Assembly (NCBI RefSeq): GCF_028641065.1
Contig: NC_073391.1
Coordinates: 23,994,001-24,058,000 of the forward strand
DNA length: 64,000 nucleotides
Source: Leucoraja erinacea
Taxonomy: Eukaryota
Direction of reading: 5' to 3'
The notes below the pieces were generated by a model. That model did not search any database. It saw only the letters and a program-made list of their open reading frames with translations, and was not told the DNA's origin. Position numbers and translations under genes: made by a program. Shown in pieces: positions 24,574-36,109 of the stretch (position 1 is its first letter; each line of letters starts with the position of its first letter).

Positions 24574-25254
24574 CGTGCAGCCAAATATTCGAAAATGTTG
24601 GGGAATTAAGCAATTTTTTTAATTAAAGATTTAACTGTAAAAAATAAGTTACGCATTTAAACATTAGCAGACAATTAAAACCAATTGCATTTAAATCAAC
24701 TCAGTTTAATTAAAAAGAAGGCAAATTGCCTCTGTCTATAATCTTTCTTTCCAATTGAAATAAATGGACCTGTGGGATTAACAAGTCTCCAGGACAATGA
24801 ACAAAATTTGGGAAATCTGCAAACGTTGCACTTCACCCCTCCTACTGAAAATCATGATCAGCTCACTGGTAATTATCCCACAGTAGTTCATCGGCCATCG
24901 GTCCTTTGTCCAAGGGCCCTGTGCTTCTGCCCAGTTATGCAGGCAACATACAGCTTTTGTACGTGGAAGTGGTAGCTGTGAATCTAAAGATCTGAGCTCA
25001 TATTTTTGTTTACAAACAGAAAGATGTTTCACAGATGGTTCTTAAATCCTGCAACGGTAAGGTCAGCATATTTATTTTTAACCTTCCAAGCTGGTTAACT
25101 ATTTTCTGGCATGCTTGCATAAATATTCAAATTGGCTGGCCTTTTATTGTTTATTTCCAAAATGTCAGTGCATAGAATCCCTTTTTTAGTTTAAAAAATA
25201 GCAAATTAGAGAGTGCTGTGATACAATAGTAGCAAAATGCCAATGTACATGTCC

Positions 25255-25498
25255 TGTAATAATATATTTTGGCGAGACAGGCGGTTGAGTAAAACCGATT
25301 TTTATTTGGAAACAACATACAACAAAAGGGAGAACTCGAAAACCGCGTGCTGGGTCAGCCAAATAGTTCCTGCTACTCGGGAGGAGCGCTGTCGACTGAG
25401 GAGAAAAGCCCGGGAAAACTCCCCCAGCGATCACGTGATGGCGCCAGCCAATAACGAGGATTCCAATTTCCCCAAGCCACCCACTAGGTGCTGCTACA
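25255..25498 (-). mobile_element. Gypsy 3' LTR
   Basis: TGTA...TACA termini, directly preceded on the minus strand by a poly-G polypurine tract (25502-25537). Confidence 0.75.
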
Positions 25499-25499
25499 G

Positions 25500-25537
<38 letters not shown>

Positions 25538-26574
25538 AGAACCCGAGGTAAGGAACCGAGCGGGAGGCCAAATGAGGCGATCGGACCGAGTGGAAACGAG
25601 AGGTACAGGCGAAACTGGCGGAACAGAACCTTCAATTGGCAAAGTCACAGGGGAGACAGGCACAACAGGTGCAACCGGAACGGCCAGCGGACGACCTCTA
25701 CGCCGGGGTTGAGCCAATACCACCGGGCTTGAGGCGAGACACTGAAATGATTTCCTCCCGACCCCCGACATCCAAGAGAATATTCGCGACACCGGGGTCT
25801 CAACACCCGGAAAGGTCCTTCACAAGTCCGCTACGGCGGAGTCCGGTGCGAGTCTCTGCGGAGTAACACAAATAAACAGTCCTTAAGCTCTGGCGGCAAA
25901 TATACCGGAGCAACCCCATGCCGAGATGTCGGGATAGGAGCCAGGCCACCCACTTTCTCCCAGAGGTTCGCCAACACAGACAGAGCTGTAGGAAGGAAAT
26001 CCCCAGGCACCCACACTGAGAAGCCATACACGAGCTCAGCGGATGACGTGCCCAAAACCGCCTTCGGGGCCGTGCGGATACCCAGCAACATGCAAGGCAA
26101 CTGGTCGACCCAGTCCGGGCCCGTAAGCCGCGCATTGAGCGCCGACTTCAAATGTCGATGGAAGCGCTCCACCAACCCGTTGGCCTGAGGGTGATAGGCG
26201 GTGGTGTGATGCAGCTGCGCCCCATACAGCCCGAGCCGACCACAAAGCCCAAGTAAACTGTGCACCTCAGTCAGTGGAGATGTCCACAGGCACACCACAA
26301 CGAGCAATCCAGTGGGCCGTGAGAGCCCAAGCACAAGACGCGGCGGAGGTGTCAGCATGTGGAACTGCCTCTGGCCACCTTGTGAAGCGATCTACGATGA
26401 TGATTTTCAATGTCTGACATGGGAATACAGGCCCTGGCCCAGGCTGCAACCTGTTTAGGGAGGCCCAGCCAGATAAACTACTCTGCCACCAAAGCAGAAG
26501 TCGCCCAGATGGAAGGATGGGCCAGACCATGAACAGCATCGAAAACACGTGCCGCCAACCCATGGGGATGATAG
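25499..26574 (-). mobile_element. Gypsy integrase remnant (frameshifted)
   Basis: VDRFTRWPEAVP, WIARCGVPVDISTD and HHTTAYHPQANGLVERFHRHLKSAL (rve core) in ORFs 26267-26581 and 25831-26358. Confidence 0.9.
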
Positions 26575-26575
26575 T

Positions 26576-27596
26576 AGGCATGTTATAATACCTTCAGCGT
26601 CGCTGCAATTCTGCCACTGGCCGTGTGCGCGATTTTGGCGCGTTTGAGAGGGGGGGGGGTTAAAACGTGATTTTTTTTTCCGACCTGTTCCTGGATTATA
26701 TTTGTTGGAGTGCAAGATTTTGCTAAAGAATCGTTCCGACGGCCGTTCTGTGTGTTTTAAAAAAAAATTCGCCCGACTTGTTAATTGCTGGAGTGATTTT
26801 AAAATCAGCTTCTGAAGCCGTAAACGCCAACAACGGGGACAGATTTTATGTAGGGGACAGGTAAAATAAAGTAGTTTATTTTGATGTATAAAAGTGTTTC
26901 TTAAGATGCATTTAATTCACATTTTATGTTGCGAAACGATGATTATTTTCCCCTGATGAACCGGCAGTGTTTTTGCTGCAAATATGGGGACTAAAATCTC
27001 CGCAACCGCCACATTCCAAATGGTCGCGTTCCAGAAAAACCCATTCGCAAGCTGATTTAAATGGCCATTAATTTACAGGTATTAAACATTAAATTCCTTC
27101 CATTTGGCCCATAAACCCATGACAATGAGATTTTAAAAATATGTTATATTGTGAATTCTTGTGTAAATCTTATTTGGACACTTAGGCTATTTAAAATGTT
27201 AATCTATTCTTAAGAAATGGATAGATGTTTAGATCTAGTAATTTAATTTTGTAATTAACTCCAATTAGGTAACTAACTAATTATATGCTTTAATTTCAAG
27301 TCATCTAAGTAAGATTGTTTCATATTTGTTTTAGAATGCTTGAATCTACAATAACTGAAAATTTCTTTCAGTTCGCTTAATTTTTAAGAAAATTATGTGC
27401 TTTTGACTGTTTTCGATCACAGATTTTGTGTTAAGTCAATGAAAAAGCAATAGGGAACAAAATGCTAATTTCCGAGTATGAAAATGACCATAACTTTTTT
27501 AATACTGACGATATGAAAGTGAATGAAGTGTCAAATTAAACTTCTTTTTGTGCTTTATCTGATGGGATAAATTGGAGACTTGATTTTTAAAAGCTC
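26576..27596 (+). mobile_element. Non-autonomous TIR DNA transposon (~1 kb), superfamily undetermined
   Basis: Starts AGGCATGTTATAATA, an imperfect inverse of TATTGTAACATCCCT that ends the related copy at 36109; 27066-27596 aligns with 34250-34445 and 35150-36090. Confidence 0.7.
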
Positions 27597-27699
27597 CGGG
27601 AATTCAGTGAGTATTCAGTGAACAATAGATCTTTTTTTTTTGAGCCATCTTCTGATGGTAAATTGCCTGCACTTATCCCATTGTTATCTTGAACCACAT

Positions 27700-28270
27700 A
27701 CTATCCGAATTAGGAGCTTGAGTAGACCGTTTGCCCCCTGAAGCCAGCTTCGTCATTCAATGATATCCTAGCCGATCTTCTGCCTCAAATTCTATTTTTC
27801 TTTCCAATCCTTTATCCCTTGATTCCATTAATGTCCAGAGATCTTCTAGTCTTGGTTTGAACACAGTGATTGCCAAAGCTATCAATGTCCTCTGGAGTAA
27901 AGAATATTGAAGATTCATTAAACTCTAAATGAAGAAACTTCTCACTTCAGTTTTAAATGGCTTTACCAATTACTTTGATTCTGTGGGTCCTAATTCTAGA
28001 CGCTTTCAGCAGGGAAACACCCTCCTGGCCATCACTCTGTCAAGCCTACATGTCAATGAGATCAGCTTTGACTTTTCCAAATTCTACATAATCAATCCCT
28101 GATTGATTCAATCTCTTCCCATCTGACAGACCTAACATGCCTGGAATCAGTCTGGTGAATCTTTGCTGCACTGCCTCAAAAGAAAATATACCCTTTTTAT
28201 ATAAGGAGCCCAAACTGTACACAGTGCTCCTGGTCTGGTCTTACAAGGCCCTGTACAATTATTCTAATCA
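27700..28270 (-). mobile_element. Degenerate CR1 LINE 3' fragment
   Basis: cctggaatcagtctggtgaatctttgctgcac is the reverse complement of VQQRFTRLIPG coding sequence. Confidence 0.7.
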
Positions 28271-28332
28271 GATAAACAGAAATCTTATTCACATTTGGGG
28301 AGGCATTTTAATAGTAACACTCCCATTTTATA

Positions 28333-29251
28333 TTGAATTGAATTGAATTGAATTGAATTGAATTTCCTTTATTGTCATTCAGACCTTACGGTCTGAACGA
28401 AATTTCGTGCCTGCAGTCATACATACAATGATACAATAATAACAACAATAAACACAAATTAACTTCCACCACAGTGAGTCCTCCAAACACCTCCTCACTG
28501 TGGTGGAGGCAAAAATCTTAGGGTTGCAGTCTCTCCCTCTGCTCCCTCTGCGCTGAGGCGATTCCCCACCGGGCGATGGTACAAACAGTCCCGCAGCTCA
28601 CCGAACCCCGCGAACAGGCCGGTTGAAACACTGCGGCCCGGGGTGGTTGAAGCCGCCGCACCTCCAGTCCAGCACACGCAGCCGCCGGCCCGCGGCTGAA
28701 CCCAGGACTCTGGACACCGCCGCCAGAACGTCGTCCCAGCCACCGGACCAGATCGCCCTCACGTGAGTACCGTTCCACCCTCAGGCTGGGCCACTCCAGT
28801 GAGAGTGCCGTTCCTCCCTCGGGCTGGGCCACTCCGACGGGAGTGCCGTTCCTCCCTCGGGCTGGGCCACTCCAGCGGGCGTGCCGTTCCTCCCTCAGGC
28901 TGGGCCACTCCGACGGGAGTGCCGTTCCTCCCTCAGGCTGGGCCACTCCAGCCCCTCACCATGCTGCTCTCACGGGAGCACCGTTCCATCCCGGGCTGGG
29001 CCGGGAGCGAGCCCAGGACGAGTCCTGTCAGCTGCCTCCAGAGTCCCGAGGTCGCCGGCTCCGCTAGGCCTCAGTGTAGACGGAGGCAAAGAAGGGGGAT
29101 ACGACAAAAAGGTCGTATTCCCCCGAAGGGAGTGACAGCAGCCCCCGTTTCACCCCCCACCCCCCTCCCCACATAAACACATCCTAAAAACCAAAAACAT
29201 AACTAGACAATAACGAAAAAAAACAATACAAAAAAGTAAAAACTGCAGGCG
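28333..29251 (-). mobile_element. GC-rich non-autonomous retroelement with internal 38-bp tandem repeats
   Basis: (AATTC)n tail, 3' stem-loop TTCAGACC-GTAA-GGTCTGAA, T-rich 5' region; homologous to 47625-48420. Confidence 0.75.
28765..28951. repeat. 38-bp minisatellite, ~5 copies
   Basis: Unit GAGTGCCGTTCCTCCCTCGGGCTGGGCCACTCCGACGG. Confidence 0.9.
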
Positions 29252-29749
29252 TATAACCTTTTACGTAAGACTGACAATATCAAAGAAATGTGAAGCTAAA
29301 ATCTGATAGCCAATTGTCTAAGAGTTTGCCTTCCATCACCACAATGCCATACGTAGAGACAATTCAATCATTGATTAACAGGAAGAAAATTCTTGCATTG
29401 CTATGCCAAAGTGTTGAATGATTCATGTGCTGATTTTTTTACAATGTATTAATTTTATAGTCTGAAGAGTAATAAAGGTCATCGGGTGCAAGTCCATATA
29501 AAGGTTTCCTATTTATTCTTCTGGATGTGTGGCTGCATCAAAGTGATGTGTTTCTTATCATCCCATTCCTGAATATTAAGATGATATTTCCATACTTTGA
29601 CATCAATAAAAGTTAGGATCTCTTTCCCTAGCACTGACACTCATGCCTTTCAAGCAAAAGGTTATGGGTTCAATTCCTACTAATTGGATTTCAGTGCAAA
29701 CTTTACACTGATGATCCTGAGCGGTATGAAGGGAGTGTTTCACTGTCAG

Positions 29750-30130
29750 AATCATAGAGCTAACAGCTAAGGAGTTAACAGCTGAGGAAACAAAACCTTT
29801 AGCTCAATTTATCCATGCTGATCAAGTTGTCATTCTGGCATTGTTCCATCTGCTTGCATTTGATCCACATCCCTCCAAACCCTTTTTATCCATATATCTG
29901 ACAAAATGTATTTTTAAAGTCATAATTGCATCCACATCTATGGTTTCCTCTGGCATATCATTCCAGATACAGACCACCCTCTGAGTGAAAATGTTGCCTT
30001 TGAGATCCCTCTTAAATCTTTCCTCTCTCAGCCATAGACTATGCCTTCCAGTTTTACAATCCTCTACTCTGGGAAAAAGACTATAATTTTATATACTTCG
30101 ATGAGGTCACTTCTCAGCCTCCTATGCTTC
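29750..30130 (-). mobile_element. CR1 3' fragment
   Basis: Same tail motifs (accaccctctgagtgaaaa..ctctgggaaaaagact). Confidence 0.6.
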
Positions 30131-31029
30131 TTAGACTGCACATTAATCTAAGATCTGTATGCCCATTCAGTTGACTGTAACAACATTCCATGGTGCTATT
30201 TGGTAAAGAGCAGAGGAGTTGTCTTGGCTTGCACCACATAAGACATAATTTATCTCCTTGACGCCTGTGGAACCTTGCCATCTTAAAACTGGTTGAGGCG
30301 TTCCCTCTCCATTACAAAGAAATTGCAGTGTAAAAATTAAATAAGTGGCTGATGATATATCTAGAGTGTCATGAGGTGCTATAAAATTGATTTCTTTTCC
30401 TTCTGAAATATGTTGACCTCCCCGACTGCATAGGAAATATGTCTCTGAATGATGTTCTACTCTTTCAGAGTATTGGTGCACAACACAGTGCCTAATAGCA
30501 CCGTTGTGGTGAAAATATCTCTATCCAGTCTAATGCCAGACATTTATTATTATACAGAAAATGTGCTAATATATTTGTTTTGTTTAAGTGAGCACTGCAA
30601 TATATTGTCGATTGTCTAGAATGTATTTAGACTTTGTGTTTTAGTATTTTTATGTAAAATATTTTAAACAATTCAGGACAATATTTATCATACATCATTA
30701 CAAATTCTTCAGTTACACAATATTATTGAATGTATAATTGCATGGGCAACTTCATGAATCTGATGCAATTACAATACAGTACTTTGAAGATTCTTTCTGG
30801 TTTCATAACTGGTCAAGGATAGCCAGGTATTTAAAATTTACTTTATAATTCATGCCTTGATTGCAGATCAAATTAGATGGTAATGATTTATGAGAAATTT
30901 GACTTCAGTATTGGTACATTAGTGGAGGCACTGTGCAAAACTTTATTTACATGTATACCATCTTGTTTCCTGAAGTCATTAACCAGCTCCTTCATCTTGC
31001 TGACAATGAGGGAGGTTATTGTCTTGACA

Positions 31030-31525
31030 TTACTTTACTAGGGGATGAGGTTGTGTATACACCCCAGTCAGCATCAATGGTGCCGGTGGAGATAGTGGAG
31101 AGCATAACTATCACTTTGAAGCTACAGCCAAAAGAAAAACACCAATGCTTCTGCTTCCTCAGAAGACTAATGCTGTTCAGCATCTCTCTAATGACTCTTA
31201 CCTGCTACAGATGTTCCATAGAAGGCATCCTATGGAGATGCACCACAGATTGGTTGGGCACCAATTCTGCTCAAGACGGTAAGAAATTGCTGAAAGCTGT
31301 GGATGCAGCCCTGGTCATCACAAAGAACAGTGCTGCCAGTCCTGCCCCTGCCCCCCCTCCCCCCTCCTCACCCCAATCCCCCAATTCATGCTGCCTCAGG
31401 AAAGTGGGCAATATAATCAAGGACCTTTTATGCACTGGTCATTCCCTCCTCCCCACTTCGTCAGACGGTAAATACAGAAGCCAGAATGTACCACCAGATT
31501 CAGGACCAGTTTCTTCACCGCTGTC
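31030..31525 (+). mobile_element. Degenerate Rex1/Babar LINE fragment
   Basis: CFLRRL, YRCSIEGIL and CLRKVGNIIKD within ORF 30933-31685. Confidence 0.7.
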
Positions 31526-32321
31526 ATCACACTACTGGTGCATTCCCAACTCTCAATCTACCTCACTGCCACTTTCTCGGTGGTGCAACATCACATTCCG
31601 CACTCTGGATAGTCACCACCTGCTGGAACTAGCAACAAAGCTGGTCTTATTAAGCCTAATTGTTTTTTTCAGCTATGTCCAATAACATCCTGCAAGACTG
31701 CAGCTTCATTCTTTAACAGAGATCATTCCAGGCAATAAGTGGCGTGAGAGGGCAACAATCCTGCTGTTAACAAACAAAGCAAACGTGTTAACAACCAGAA
31801 ACATGCAATGGCAATTATGAAATCCCGCTACAACTAAATTGGTAATTACAGCATAATTAGTTGCTAATTAGTGAAAATGATGCAATGAGTTGCATCGTGT
31901 GATCAGCTTCTCATTTGCCTCCATACAGGGTCTGACTCTGCACTTAGCTGAGAATTATGGTTTATTGCAAATAAATGAAGACTTTTCAAAATGAATTTGC
32001 AACAATTATTTTTTATATATGGGATATTAAAAAAAAGATTTTGAAAGCAATGTTAGACATTAAACATACATTGGTAAATTTCAAATATTATAAAATCATT
32101 TACATGGCAGTATATCCTCTTTGTTCCTCTCCAAAAATGCATTGTTATTGATAGTCCAAGTTGACAGTATTTGCTGTAAATGTAAATACTTTAAAGTGGC
32201 CCCCTGTGATGTTTCATGTTTGCTGCCTGGAGTTACAAAGATTTCACAATACAGGAGCAGAAGTTAAGGTTAGGCCAGTTGATTTCCTGGGGCATTGTTC
32301 AATACCAAAGCAAAAATGATA

Positions 32322-33723
32322 GGAATAACCTCTATGAACCATTTCAGTCCGGTTTTCGCCACAATCACAGCACTGAAACAGCCTTGGTAAAAATTACAAA
32401 TGATCTCCTTCTCGCAGCTGACACTGGCCACATCCATCCTGATCCTCCTCGACCTCACAGCAGCCTTTGACACCGTCTCCCACCCAATTCTTTTGGAACG
32501 TCTATCTGCCACCGGCATCAACAACAATGCACGACTTTGGTTCAGGTCCTATCTACATGACAGAAAACAGTTCATCCAGGGAAATAAAGTCACATCCATA
32601 ACTGCCACCGTCCCCCATGGTGTTCCTCAGGGATCGGTGCTGGGGCCACTGCTTTTTATCATCTATATTCAACCTCTTGGCAATATTCTCCGTCATTTTG
32701 GAATCAATTTTTACTGCTACGCCGAAGATACACAACTTTACCTCTCCACAAAACCATACACCTCCCTTCCCCCAACTGCCCTCACCACCTGTCTTCAAGC
32801 TATCAGCAGCTGGATGTCACTCAACCTTCTAAAACTCAATGGAAATAAAACAGAAATCATGCTAATTGGCTCAAAGTCCACACTCTCCAAAACCCACCCG
32901 TTCACCATTTCAGTTGATGGCTCACCCATACCCACCTCCTCCCATGTCAAAAGTCGCGGCGTCATTCTGGACAGTACAATTTCCTTTAGCCCCCACATCA
33001 GCAATATCACACGCTCTGCATACTTTCATCTCCGCAACATCTCCAGACTCCACCCCTCCCTCTCCAAAGACAATACAAAAGTTCTCATTCACGCTCTGGT
33101 CACATCCCACATCGATTACTGCAACGCCCTCCTCACTTACACCTCCAATAAACTTCTTCATCGCCTCCAATGCATTCGGAAATCTGCAGCCCGGATCATC
33201 ACCCGCACCAGATCATCGGACCACATCACACCCATCCTCACTCAGCTCCACTGGCTCCCTGTGCACCACCGGATTAACTACAAGATTTTACTGCTGACCT
33301 TCAAAGCCCTACACCACCTTGCTCCCCAATACCTCTCTGACCTGCTGCTACCATACACTGCTTCCCGGTCACTTCGTTTCTCCTCAGCTGCAATTTTAAC
33401 TGTCCCCACATTTAGACTCAGCACCATGGGTGCCAGAGCCTTCAGCTGCTCTGCCCCACGTCTCTGGAACACTCTCCCACCTCCTATCCGTCACCTGGAC
33501 ACTATCGATCAATTCAAATCACAACTCAAAACACACCTGTTTAGATTAGCATACCCGACATAACTTCCACCATGTTCACCCTGATTTTAATGACTTAAAA
33601 TGTTTTGTGTATTTTTTGTTTTTTGTTTTTAATCAACTAGATTTTAATATTGATAAATGCATTCTTATTTTATGTCCTGTAAGGTGTCCTTGGATGTCCA
33701 GAAAGGCACCAGCAAATAAAATG

Positions 33724-33759
<36 letters not shown>
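32322..33759 (+). mobile_element. 5'-truncated L2-clade LINE (RT domain largely open)
   Basis: FQSGFRHNHSTETAL, LDLTAAFDTV, GVPQGSVLGP, YAEDTQLY (YADD mutated) and HWLPV; stop at 33563; AATAAA plus (ATT)n tail. Confidence 0.92.
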
Positions 33760-33905
33760 CTTATCTAGTTTTTGGTGTAATTTCATTTTAATCTGATGAT
33801 TCAAAATATGTTGTTTAGTCCCAATATCGGCCATGCCTTGCCTGCCAGCTGTGAGTGTGAGCAAAATCATGGTGGCAGCCACAATCCAATCTCTGTATCA
33901 TATTC

Positions 33906-34183
33906 CACAAATATCCACTCTCAAAATAATCAAATTCATTACTTTTTGCACAATCATATGAACATCTAAATTAGCTATATTTTGTGTTATTGTCTATCCA
34001 TGTTCAATATTTCCATACTAAATATCTGACTAAAAACTTCCACAGTACATAGTTTTTAGTCAGATATTTAGTATGAAAATATTGATCATGGATAGACAAT
34101 TACACAAACTATAGATAAGTTAGATGTTCTTATGATTGTGCAAAAAATAATGATTTTGATTATCTTGAAAGGGGATATTTGTG
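33906..34183. repeat. Long inverted repeat (133-bp arms, 12-nt loop)
   Basis: 33906-34038 pairs with 34051-34183, with about 12 mismatches by manual alignment. Confidence 0.9.
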
Positions 34184-34199
34184 AATTTTGAACACATGT

Positions 34200-36109
34200 A
34201 TGTGTAAAACGGCCCTTGCCTGCTGCAGTGCTATAAACCAACAGAATAAAATTTATGGGAATTAAACGTTCAATTCCTTCAAATTAGCATAGAAATTCAT
34301 GACAAAATGAGGTTTAAAAATCCTTATATTGTGAATTCTTGTGTGAATGAGATCAGTTTGTTATTGGATACTTTGGCTATTTAAACATTTATTTTTAGCC
34401 TTTTCTTAAGAATGGGATAGATGTTTAGATCTAGTAATTGAATTGAGATGAATTTAAGTGATTTGATGACACTGATGAATATGAATATTTTGTTGGGTAT
34501 TTGCTATTTGTTTTAACATTTAACTTGTGTTAGGCATTTTGTTGAACATTTGAACAAAATCATTTCTTTTTTTTTTCTAAAACTGCAAATAAAAACTTGT
34601 TTCTACTTAATGCTGTTCAGTGGGTTTTTTTTAATTCATTTTTCAGATGTCTCCGAAGAAGCAATGCAAAATTGTCAATCCATATTCCCAGCCTGGCATA
34701 GCTAGAGCTCACCTTGAAGTGAATTTCTCTGTCATGCCCGAGTCTAAGAGGGGTCTTAAAAATGGACACATCTTGTACTTGTATAGCTCCTTTTATCTTG
34801 GTTGGTCTGAATGGGAAAGTAGTGGACAGAAAAGCATGTCAAGAGCAAAAACTTGTAGTTTACAATGCCAAAATGAAAAGTTGAGGAAAAACAAGGTGTA
34901 CAGAGTTGCTTATTGGTTGCAGTCTGAGGATTATGATGATGCTACTGATTATGATATGTCAATGTACCAGCTAGCAACTGATCTCTCCTATTGAAGACTT
35001 GGTCTATTGCTAGAAATTGTAATTTATTTACCTGTCTGTTTCAGACTTACAGCACATAATACAATAATATTAAAGTTCTGATCTTAAGAATACCACATTT
35101 TTGAATCTTCAAGGCAGTCTGGGTGTTTATTACTATTTCTGTCGCAATGGTTAATTTTGTAATTAGCTACTTAATTAGCTAGGTAATTAACTAATTATAT
35201 TGTAATGCGCTCCCTCTGCTTGTGTTATAGGGTACTCACCTGTTTCTGTTTTCTCCTGAGTGCAGGCGTGGCTGTGAGTCAGGAATCACGGGGTTAAAGA
35301 CTCCTGTACCCGATTGGCCAAGCTGCGTCAGGTGACGGGTGACTCATCTGAAGCTTAAACACCAGAAGCTCCCAGGATTCTCTCTCTTCTTCGTCAACCC
35401 TGACCTGTGAGCAGCCTGCTGGTGTGAGCTGCAGAAGGCCTGGCCACATGGCATAGAACTTTGTGTGCTTTCACCATTCCTTGTTAACAAATATTGAATT
35501 GGGACGGATAAGGGCTGACCTTGGTGTTTTTGTGTATTTTGTTTCAGGGTTATATCTCTCTAGGCAGGTTTTAGAATCTCCGGTTTGACAGTCCATCACG
35601 TGGCTGGCTGAAGCATTGTTAAATTGTTTGTCAGTTCATCCATATCCCTGACTGGGTTGTTTGAATCGGGTTTGGGTTTTTGTGTTCCATTGAATAATTA
35701 AAACTATTTTTGAACTTGAACCTGGTTTTTGAATTATGTTACGCGGCTCTGAAGTACTTGCATTCGGGAGTCGTAACAATATACTTTAAGTTAAGTTCAT
35801 CCAAGTAAGGTTTGTCATATTTGTTTCAGAATGCTTCAATCTATAATAACTGAACATTTCATTCAGTTCTCTTAATTTTTAAGAAAGTTATGGGCTTTTA
35901 TGTCAATTGACTGTCCTCGATCACAGCTTTTGGGTTAAGTTAATGGAAAAGCAATATGGAATTTCCGAGTATGAAAATGACCATAACTTTTTTTAATACT
36001 GAAGATATGGAAGTGAATTAGGTATCAAATTAAAGTTCTATTGATGCTTTATCTGATGGGATAAATTACAGGCTTGATTTTTAACATCTCAAAATATTGT
36101 AACATCCCT
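34200..36109 (+). mobile_element. TIR DNA transposon relic with an internal coding remnant (34647-35013) and a nested solo LTR
   Basis: Homologous to 26576-27596 but with an extra ~700 bp internal segment; right terminus TGTAACATCCCT. Confidence 0.7.
35201..35778. mobile_element. Solo LTR
   Basis: TGTAA...TAACA termini with a 4-bp TSD ATAT (35197-35200 and 35779-35782); the host transposon sequence is contiguous once it is removed. Confidence 0.9.

Noticed and set aside
25186-25792. Poly-Pro and poly-Gly ORFs
   Set aside because: Produced by the poly-C tract and the LTR, not a host gene.
28765-28951. 38-bp repeats (also 47898-48090) as a CRISPR array
   Set aside because: Units are contiguous with no unique spacers, no cas genes are present, and the context is a vertebrate retroelement.
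30933-31685. 250-aa ORF
   Set aside because: A chance fusion of decayed Rex1/Babar sequence and flank.
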